From Epithemia pelagica (taxonomy: Eukaryota > Protista > Bacillariophyta), in NCBI GenBank assembly GCA_946965045.2, contig OX337232.1:2542001-2606000 (forward strand): a stretch of 64,000 bases of DNA, given 5' to 3'. Position 1 is the stretch's first letter. The number at the start of each line of letters is the position of its first letter. Positions 55,161-64,000 of this stretch are shown one piece after another. The notes below the pieces were generated by a model. That model ran no database searches, had not been told where the DNA came from, and was given only the letters and a program-made list of their open reading frames with translations. A program made the translations under genes and the position numbers.

Positions 55161-57305
55161 ATGGTGGCTTCCGAAAACCGAGACGGGTTGTTGGTTACCT
55201 TCCCTATATACTTTGGGTTTCTGGCTGGACTAGCGGTGTTCTCTTACTTTCGAAACAAGAGACTGCATGGCGACAATGGTATCGCAGAACCACAACTTCA
55301 CTTCCTTGGAGGACGAATGCTCGGACCTTTGTTGACGGCTGGATCCATGGAACGTTGAATTGGCGTATTACTTGACTGGATACCATTGGATCAAACTTGG
55401 TCTCTCATGCGGAAAAAAGTGTTTCATAGTTTGGTTCAGCCTTCTCGGGATACACGGTAATCGGAGTTCCCAACGAAGCATTTGCCAAAGGTTGGATGGC
55501 ACTGAGTTGGCCGTCCGTCTTTCTGGCCGGATTTCCCATATTTTTTGCGGCCGGCCTCCGCATGTACAAGTTGAGCAAGGAACGCAATCACTCGACAGCC
55601 GTGGACTTTTACACGGATCGGTTCCAGTCTCAAAAGCTTCGATACTCTCTTCTTACCATGATGCTCGTGAATCAGGTAATTTACTTGGCCGCACAGGCAT
55701 TTACCTTGAAGTTCATGCTAAACTCAATTTTTGAAAACGACGAAGACTGGCCTGTCCTTCTCATCTTTGCAGGAATTCTGATCTTTGAGTGGGCTGGTGG
55801 ATTCACGTCTGTGGCTCTTTCAGATGCCGTTCAAGGACTGATTATCACGACGGCATATGTGTGTTTGCCAATAATTGTTCACAAGAACTTTCTGGGGTGG
55901 ACCGACTTGGAATGGGAAACATTTCCCTTTCAGCATTTGTACCAAAGTCCGGAGTCCGGAACGCAAGGTGCAGTGGAATGTGTTCAGTTTCATCTTGTCG
56001 GGCATGTCTCTCTTTGCCATGCCTCACTTGGTCGAACGGACCTATGCCGCCCGTGATCTCAAGTCCCTCAAGTGTGCCTACTTCTTTTTGAGCATGGCGC
56101 CTTGGTTGGTTTCCTTTGTGGGTCTTTATCTGGGTGTGCTGAGTGTACAAATCTTGGCCGAATCGGGAGTTCTCAGCAACCCGCCTCCCAGTTTCTTGCC
56201 CTTCAACTCCTTGTTAGAAGAGTTGATCAAGCTTGGAGGCTTTGCCCACGGTATTGCCGTTATTACCATTACGGCTTCCTTGGCTGCCGTCATGAGTACG
56301 GCCGACTCGGTCCTGTTGTCGACATCCCATTTGGTCGTTGCCGAGTTGGTCAATCCGACCGCTCCTGAGGTATCTGGCTCGCGCCTTACCATGATTGGCC
56401 GAGCCACAAGTCTGATTGCCGTGGGAGGTGGATTGGCTATTGGACTGCAATGGGATGAAGGTTTGACTGATCTTATTAGTGTGCAAACGTCGCTCCTTCT
56501 TCAAATCATTCCCGTCTTGCTGATTGGGTTATACAGTGTCCCGGCTGGGACGAGAGGGCAACGACTCAATACGGAACCTCACCCCTGGTGTGTCACGGCC
56601 GGTGCTTGGACTGGTTTCCTTGTCGCCATGACCATATACTTTGGTTATGCCAAAGGAGAAGACGATGTTCCAATTAATTCGGGTGTTGTAGGCGCCTTTG
56701 CCAACGTCCTCGTCATTGTGGTCCTCGAGTTGTACCGTCGCTTGTTTGTCGTCAAGGACTTGTGGACAGGCAAAGATGAAGTATCTCGGGCCATGTCGGA
56801 AGAAGAGGAATCTCATACACTCAACTTTCCGGACCGACCCGTTTGGGATGTTCCCTCGTCGAAACTCGAGTCCTATGGTCGGACCAAGTTGACCTCCCGG
56901 TCCATTCACCAGACCATGTCCGGTGTGACCGAACCCTTTCTCAATCTGTGGCTCATTGTCTTGGTGTTGGCCGTGTTTGCCTTGGCCTTTCCTTTTGTTC
57001 CGGGTGCCTTGCCGCCGCTCGATGAGAAGCGACAATTGGAATACGATCCTGGTACCATTGGAGGTATTCCTTCGTGGGCAATGAAGTGGTTGGCGACCAT
57101 CGCCGTTCTTCCTGTCATTTACTATTACACCATTTACGTCATGCCCAATGAGTTCCCCAGTTCTGAACAAACTCCAGAGGAAAAGACCGAAGAACAACCA
57201 CTGGACACGACCACCGCTAGTTTCCACATGGACAGTAGTAGCAAGTCGGACGGTGAATGGAGTCCCGAGGACAAATTGAGCAGTGAACTGATGGACGAAA
57301 ACTAG
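55161..57305 (+). pseudogene. Sodium:solute symporter family gene with a GA splice donor and a 7-bp frameshifting duplication
   Basis: HFLGGRMLGP, SAFSGYTVIGVPNEAF, SVALSDAVQG, PHLVERTYAA, AAVMSTADS; multiple TM helices; AGTCCGG duplicated at 55946-55959. Confidence 0.82.
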
Positions 57306-58656
57306 TTCATTGCACCACCACCACACGCACACCATGCATTCTTGATATTCGACATTTTTCATAGTTTCATGTTTTTGATCCATTGCATACCATGGAATCC
57401 CGAACCCGTATATATCGAGCAATTATTATCAGATAACGTTTTTCTTTTTTTGACCTGAAGTTTGTAACCCATACGTTGCCTTTAGCACTTTTAGTTCCAT
57501 GGCTGACACGTCGTTTTGTAGTAGGTAGTAAGAAGCACATGCCAGCATGTGTATACTGCATGCATCAGGCCATTCTGTGTGGCACTGGTAGAGTCCGTTA
57601 CACAAGCTAGGTAGTTCCAGACCACTGTTGCTGTCGTGACACGTTTCCAACCCAGAGTGTTTGTCAGACCAAACAGTTCCATTCCATGGATGACCCACGT
57701 CGTCGTCTTGCTGGAGGACTGCTTTCGCGTTCCAACCCATCTGTTTCGTGTTTTGTTTGTTTCGGCGGAAGGAGCCGTGTCAAGTGTGCAGTGGGGGCAT
57801 GGCCTTGTTCCGCTAGCGGCCGCGAATGGATAATGTGAGTCTATGACATCGCTGCATGGATCATCCATACAGTTGGGTTGGAAGTTGTCTTGGATTCTTG
57901 TATCTCGTTGGATTCGTTTTGGTCCACCAATGATGATTTCGTGGCGCTCGTTCGTTCTGGGATACTAGTTCTAGTATTATTTGGGGACGCACTTGTGTGT
58001 GTGTTGGTATGTGGATCAAGCGGGTGGACACTTTCGACGTGGGATCAGAAGCTGCATTGAATTGAATCAATCTAGTTCCTTCGGGTCCAAAGGCGAAACG
58101 TTCTGTGACAGAATCGTGTCGGCCTGCGCTTCCCCGGAATGCAAAGGCTGGTAAATTTTCAAAGGATCATTCTTCTGCTGCTATGGGTCCCAACGCCGTG
58201 CTTTACACGTGGAATCTCAACCATTGCACTGGTGCAAATGAACGTTACCATCAGACTAATTTGACCATGGCGGATTTTTCTGGACGATTTTCATCTCTCC
58301 ATTTCTATTACAACGGTAGATCTAGGTTATTCACTAGCGCTAGGGACTCGGTTCGCTCGATTGGTGTTGTTGCGCGCTCCTTGCGCTTCTGAGAGCAACG
58401 ACGAGGGGACCTTTTACGATCAGGCTTTGTGGCACAAGGACAAGGAGTTTTTCTTATCCCTCGTAGCAATCAAACAAATAGAACGAATAGAACGGATCTC
58501 TGCGAGGGATAAGAAAACGAAGATAGTTATGGACCATAACAGATTGACGGAAGGCATGCCATGGTGAAGCCACGATACACCGCGACAAACTTGATGCCAA
58601 ACGTGACGTCATGTACTAGGAAAAATTACGTAGGCTCTACTGCGTTGGGACCCATA

Positions 58657-58707
58657 GCTGCTGTTGCTGCTACTGCTGCTGCTGCTGCTACTACTGCTAG
58701 TGCTGCT
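58657..58707. repeat. Imperfect (GCT/ACT)n microsatellite
   Basis: GCTGCTGTTGCTGCTACTGCTGCTGCTGCTGCTACTACTGCTAGTGCTGCT. Confidence 0.85.
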
Positions 58708-59000
58708 CCGACGCACTCATGCGGTCTACCATCCAATAGGAGTACCATAGAACTCCTCGAATGATGAGTCGTGGTGCTTTTACGGTAAGGAGAAACATGA
58801 AAAATGATGGAAGGCACTTCTCGGGATGCTGTTAGGTCGATGGCCACGCGTGGTGGATGCGCATGCAGACCAGAAGGCGCAAGCCTGTTGCTGTTGTAGT
58901 GAGCCGCCATGCGCAGGCGATATAAAGTTAAGGTACTCAGTCAGCGCTGTACTCTGTCACGCGCGAGATCGAGATCTCTGTCGAGGCGTGCGCGCCGAAG

Positions 59001-62000
59001 ATGACAGTCTTGCGTGACTGGCTGGATCGATGGTATCTTTTGGTTCGGCTCTGTTGTTGCTGCAAAAATGGCGCCGGTGACCGAACAGTACTCCAACTCC
59101 AACATCTGAATGCTCTCATCCTTTGTGTGTGTATCTTGAAAGAGCAAGGTGGTGTCTGTCCACAGGACATGTCGTTGGTCGCCCGCAACACCAATACCAT
59201 GTCGACGGCTGCTGCCACAGTACGATGGAGGTTGACGACTGTCGCACAACATACAGCAGCAATCTTCCGGACCACGACAGTGTCAAATGCTGCTGCTGCA
59301 AGACGAGGAAGCAATTGGTTGGGTGCTCCAGCATTTTCCAGTTGGACACCGCTGCGAAACAACAAGACTGTTGTTCCAGTTTGGACGGTTGCCTCATCCA
59401 TCCAACCAGTCACGTTTGGACTGCAACGACGCAGTGTGCAAGGGCCACGCTACTCTACTACCGTATCCTTGTTTTCTACAATGGCACCCAGAGGTCGTCG
59501 TCGTCGACGAAAAGGAGCCGGAGGGATGGAGGATTCTCCTTCCAAACCCCTGCTGCAAGTCCAACCCGCCCCCAACAATCGGCCGCCCATGGTCAAGGTG
59601 GCTCTCATGGGTCCCCCCAATGCCGGAAAGTCCACCTTGTACAATCGTTTGTTGGACAAGGCCATTAACAAAACCTATCGCTTGGCCACGAGTAAAATCA
59701 AGTCCCCCACCAAGAGTGGTCGACGTCGCTCGCGCCGGGACAAGGGCCGCTTTGCCGCCTACTTGTCGCAAGGCAATAGCTACGAACCGGGCATGGCCAT
59801 TGTCTCCAAAGTACCGGGTACCACACGTGATCGACGAACGGGCATTGGACGCATTGGAGGTGTCTTTTTCAAATTAATGGATACGGCTGGCATTGATGGA
59901 GAACGTCTGGATGTGTATACCAACAAGACTAAAAATCATCAACAACAACAACAACAGGACAATGCATTCGACGACGAAACAGACCCTTCCAGTGCGGCCA
60001 TGGTGAATTTGCAAGAGAGCAGTCCGGCGGAACGACATGCCTGGATGAACAAACGACATGCCAAGGGTGGATCGAAACGGCGTCGAGAAAGCAAACGACG
60101 GTTTTCCAAACAAAATCCCAAACCAAAGGGACAATTGCCGAGCCGTCCCGGTCAAATGCGACGACAGTTGCGGCAATTGCAAAAATATCAAGAGCAAGGC
60201 CATGCCACTCATGTCATTAATGTCCAACGCCATGCCGACGGGAGTGTTCGCAACGCTACCAATACATTGACCAACATTAACAATGCCGCCATGACACCTC
60301 GCGAATTGATCAAACCCATGATTCAACAAGCCCTATTGGCCGCCCAAGAAGCACATGTTATTTTGTTCCTCTTTGATGCCAAGGTTGGCATTACAGCCGA
60401 TTTTCAACAAACGTGCAAATGGCTGCGACGACTGTCGACCAAACCCATTTTGGAAAGCCGCAATGCCGACAAGTACCGATTCCTCGACGAGGACATGATG
60501 CAGCATGACGGCAACGACGAGGAGGAGAAGAATCGCCACAAGGTTCCACGTCGTCGCAAAATCTTGTTGTTGGGCAACAAATTGGAAGGAACCCATTGGA
60601 CCAGTCAACCGGATTCTCCGGTACACGATCATTTGGAAGAAGCCTCGTGGGCTGGATTGGGAACAGCCATTCCCATTTCTGCCTTGCATGGTGATGGATT
60701 GGCCGAAGTGGCGGTGGAAATTCACAAGGTACAACAAGAATTGATTTTGGAATGGGAACAAGAACGACAAGCGAAAAGAGAACAAGAACAAAAACCACTA
60801 CTACTAGAGCACGAACCAAAATTCCTTTTGCCTGAAGGGGAAGGAATGAACGAACATGAACACCATGACATGGAGGCAGAGGACACTGACATGCGGTTCC
60901 TCGATGAAGACCTCCTAGCAGAGATGGGCGGAAAGAGCCAAAAGCCTTCTCAATTGGACGAAAGAAATGATGGTGACGTGTACGACAATAAGGATGATGC
61001 TGGTGCAAAAGACAAGGCGGACGAGAAACAAGTGGATTTTAGTTCCATGGATCCCGAATCCATTGAAGTACCACATGTAGATTATTTTTTGACCAACAAC
61101 GACGACGACACCGACCAAGAAGGAAAATCTCAAAAGGAAAAGATATTGCAGTTGGCGATATTGGGTCGCGTCAATGTTGGAAAATCCAGTTTGGTCAATG
61201 CATTGTTAAAGGAAGATCGCGTGATTACCGGTGCCATGCCCGGAATGACCCGCGATGCCATTGCCATTGAATGGTCCTACCAGGGACGCCCCGTTCAATT
61301 GGTCGACACCGCCGGCTTACGAAAACCATCCAAACGAACCGATGAAGAAATTGAAGAAATGGCCGTCATGGATGCCATGAGGGCCATGAAAGTGGCCAAT
61401 GTGGCAGTCTTGGTGTTGGACGCCGGTGCGCGCATGCTGCGGCGTCAGGAACTAGCCATTTGTGAAACTGTCTTGAATGAAGGAAGAGCGTTGGTGGTTG
61501 CTGCCAACAAATTGGATTTGGTATGTGATTCCTATGACTACACGGCCAAGGACTTTGAGGAAGGTGTCCGGAACCAATTGGAAGGACGGTTTCCCATGTT
61601 GCGAAATACGCCCATTATTCCCACCTCAGCCTTGACGGGAGAAGGGGTGGAAGATCTCATGCCGGCCGTCTTTTCCGCCCGCGATCGATGGTCGCAGACC
61701 ATTCCGTCAAGTAAACTGAATAAATGGTTGCAAGAAGTTGTGGATGAACACGCTCCACCACTCATTGAAGGACGACGGCCCACTCGCATCAAATACATGG
61801 TTCAAACCAAGGGACGACCACCCACCTTTTTGTTATTCTGTAACACATTGGAATTACCGGAATCCTATATCCGGTACTTGACGAGACAGTTTCAAGAATC
61901 CTTTGATTATTATGGAATGAATGTCCGACTGGTGGTGAAACCCAGCGCCACGTCGAATCCCTACGAGCACTTGAGCCGAGAAAGGACGCGACGACAGGGC

Positions 62001-62123
62001 TTTGGATTGGGAGGAAAAGTCTTTCGATTCAAACGACAATGGGCTATCTTCAAGCGTACCGGTTCCAAGAAAAAGGAACGCAAACGTGGACGTAGGAAGA
62101 TACGCTTCGCTCGGTACCACTAG
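59001..62123 (+). CDS. der: Organellar Der/EngA double-GTPase ribosome biogenesis factor (start may be ATG 59169 or 59199)
   Basis: Two G domains (GPPNAGKS, GTTRD, DTAG, NKLE; GRVNVGKS, GMTRD, DTAG, NKLD) and a KH-like tail (RIKYMVQ...PPTFLLFCN...Y.RYL). Confidence 0.93.
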   Translation: MTVLRDWLDRWYLLVRLCCCCKNGAGDRTVLQLQHLNALILCVCILKEQGGVCPQDMSLVARNTNTMSTAAATVRWRLTTVAQHTAAIFRTTTVSNAAAARRGSNWLGAPAFSSWTPLRNNKTVVPVWTVASSIQPVTFGLQRRSVQGPRYSTTVSLFSTMAPRGRRRRRKGAGGMEDSPSKPLLQVQPAPNNRPPMVKVALMGPPNAGKSTLYNRLLDKAINKTYRLATSKIKSPTKSGRRRSRRDKGRFAAYLSQGNSYEPGMAIVSKVPGTTRDRRTGIGRIGGVFFKLMDTAGIDGERLDVYTNKTKNHQQQQQQDNAFDDETDPSSAAMVNLQESSPAERHAWMNKRHAKGGSKRRRESKRRFSKQNPKPKGQLPSRPGQMRRQLRQLQKYQEQGHATHVINVQRHADGSVRNATNTLTNINNAAMTPRELIKPMIQQALLAAQEAHVILFLFDAKVGITADFQQTCKWLRRLSTKPILESRNADKYRFLDEDMMQHDGNDEEEKNRHKVPRRRKILLLGNKLEGTHWTSQPDSPVHDHLEEASWAGLGTAIPISALHGDGLAEVAVEIHKVQQELILEWEQERQAKREQEQKPLLLEHEPKFLLPEGEGMNEHEHHDMEAEDTDMRFLDEDLLAEMGGKSQKPSQLDERNDGDVYDNKDDAGAKDKADEKQVDFSSMDPESIEVPHVDYFLTNNDDDTDQEGKSQKEKILQLAILGRVNVGKSSLVNALLKEDRVITGAMPGMTRDAIAIEWSYQGRPVQLVDTAGLRKPSKRTDEEIEEMAVMDAMRAMKVANVAVLVLDAGARMLRRQELAICETVLNEGRALVVAANKLDLVCDSYDYTAKDFEEGVRNQLEGRFPMLRNTPIIPTSALTGEGVEDLMPAVFSARDRWSQTIPSSKLNKWLQEVVDEHAPPLIEGRRPTRIKYMVQTKGRPPTFLLFCNTLELPESYIRYLTRQFQESFDYYGMNVRLVVKPSATSNPYEHLSRERTRRQGFGLGGKVFRFKRQWAIFKRTGSKKKERKRGRRKIRFARYH

Positions 62124-62449
62124 AGTGATGCTTTTCTTGTATAGTAACTCATTTGATTTTATCCGTCGTCCTTTTTAGATCGTGAATATACCACAAGAGG
62201 AGTAGGTGCTTCTAGCTCGAAAACTATCTGTTCAAATGAACTCAAAAGTTTGGGTAACAAAGAAGAGAGCGGGCGGTCGTGGAAGAGGATTGCGTTCGGC
62301 GCGTGCAAGCCCACTACGCACTATTGTACATACGTCGATCGCTGTCATGAGCACGTTCCTCGGCGTTCGGTTTCCTTTGCACGACACGAAGTTCGCATAA
62401 AGTACAAGGAGCATGCTCGCTTGGATGGCGTCTTATCGAGAGAGATCCG

Positions 62450-63650
62450 TTGAAAGTTGAAACGAGCAACACGTTGTTCGCACACAACAAACAAAAACGC
62501 CTCTCATTGTTGCAATCCACCATGGAGAGAAACATGAAACCGCAAACCAACCAGTATGAAACGAATCTTCAAGAACATGAACCAGAAGACGTAGAAGTCA
62601 TGATTGGAGTAGAGACTCGTAACCATGATCTTTCCATAGTGTCGGATCCGTCGGTACCGAAACCACGGTCCCTGTTCTTGTCTTTGAGGGGGACCCTTTT
62701 CTTGGTGCTCGTGTTGTGGTGGCTCTACTGCCACCCCTTGCATGAAATGGCGGACGAAACCCACGCACAACTTCGCACCCACCGTCGTCTAATGATCGAT
62801 ACGGAGTAGATGTCATGAGAAAAAGGCTGAATCAAGGTCTTGGTTCGGCGCTTGTGGTGTCGTGTGCATGGTTCACATCATGCTCGTCATGCAGGTAAGG
62901 GTGGATGGCATTGAGCTAAATCCACCTATGAGTCCCGTTACCAGTGATGACGGATAAGCCATTAAGGACACTTCCACTTCTCCGGTCTGTCCCCATATGA
63001 TGAGGCCTAACACCAAGACAGGATCGTGATTGGAAGTGACTATTCTCGACATTTTCAAAATCGGTCTTGGGCGAATCACAATGGCTGGCATTGAGAACTG
63101 ATGGAATCCTTTCAAGGTTGTAAGGAACAAGCTCTCTTGGATGGCCTCTGCCCGAGAGAGATATTTTGAAACGACCAACATTCGCAGTTCGCCCACAACA
63201 AACAAACGCCACTCATTGTGCTGCAAGATCCACCATGGAATGGAACATGAAACTGCAAATCAACCAATCTGAATTAAATCTGCAAGAAGTTGAACCAAAA
63301 CACGTGGACACAGTGATGGGAGACGAGAGTGGCAACCATAGTTGATCCGCAGGGTCTGATGAATCGATAACCAAACCACGTCCTTTCTGCATGTCCTTTA
63401 GTGGGGCGCTTTTGTTGGTGATCGTGCGTGGTGGCTCTACTGTTCCTACGTTACTTGCCAGAAACGGTTTACAAAACCAACACTCAACTTCGCTCCCACC
63501 GTCGTCTAAGGATCGATGCGGAGTATAGCCATGAAAGGCCGAAATCGATGTCTGTGAAAAGTTGTCGTGTCCTTGGTTACAACATCAGCTGGTCTTGCAA
63601 GCAAGGGTGGATGATATTGCGCGAAGACCATCAGTTGTTGCCGTCTCCAA
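62450..63650 (+). pseudogene. Two tandem, diverged, stop-containing copies of a small single-TM-protein gene (~62490-62940 and ~63190-63620)
   Basis: Collinear similarity (ATCCACCATGGA...AACATGAAAC, GTGGTGGCTCTACTG, CAACTTCGC.CCCACCGTCGTCTAA.GATCGAT.CGGAGTA, AAGGGTGGATG), period ~0.7 kb. Confidence 0.6.
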
Positions 63651-64000
63651 TGATGATTGATGTGCCAGTGGCGTCACTTCCAGTACTCCGGTCTGTTCCC
63701 AGTTGCCATACCATAACGAGTACCCTCAAGACCTTATCGTGACGGGAAAGGGACTGTCCTCTTCGTTTCTCGTGGTTGACTTCTCGCGCTATGTTCTCGT
63801 GAGAATAAATAAAGCTCGAACGTCCTTCCCACCTTTGTTTGAGTAAACAATGTGGAGAAGACATGATTTTTGTTAGACCACACCGCATGGCCCATTGTCC
63901 ACGGTGTTCTTGGAAAACCTTGTCAACTTAGACCTATAAACACTGCTGCTTACAAATCCTATCAAAAATGCAGTTACCGATCACCGATCTATTGCTATGG

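Overview
Eukaryotic, transposon-rich window, most likely from a pennate diatom (inferred from diatom-type Ty1/Copia elements, bipartite plastid-targeting presequences and ~80-bp GT-AG introns). Main finding: a 25,934-bp segment (19199-45132) is bounded by multipartite terminal inverted repeats and a TA duplication. It sits inside the terminal repeat of a ~0.92-kb PIF/Harbinger-type MITE, whose two halves rejoin cleanly when the segment is removed. It therefore looks like one giant cargo-carrying DNA transposon. Its cargo is intact host-type genes (Kelch protein, secreted 826-aa protein, PNKP-aldo/keto reductase fusion), decayed gene copies (glutaredoxin, mitochondrial carrier, P-loop NTPases, Crinkler-like REase-kinase) and three nested Copia insertions, with no recognisable transposase. 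A 1.27-kb relative with the same end architecture lies at 1549-2817. Two related Copia elements carry an extra ORF upstream of gag and show sequence-divergent but covarying 14-nt LTR/PBS complementarity, suggesting tRNA-independent self-priming. The rest is ordinary host genes (histidine phosphatase, PTP/DSP, MTD1-like, MIT, RRM, Der/EngA), two Crinkler-like nuclease genes and two inactivated genes (LCM methyltransferase, sodium:solute symporter). All family assignments come from motif recognition by eye; no database search was run.
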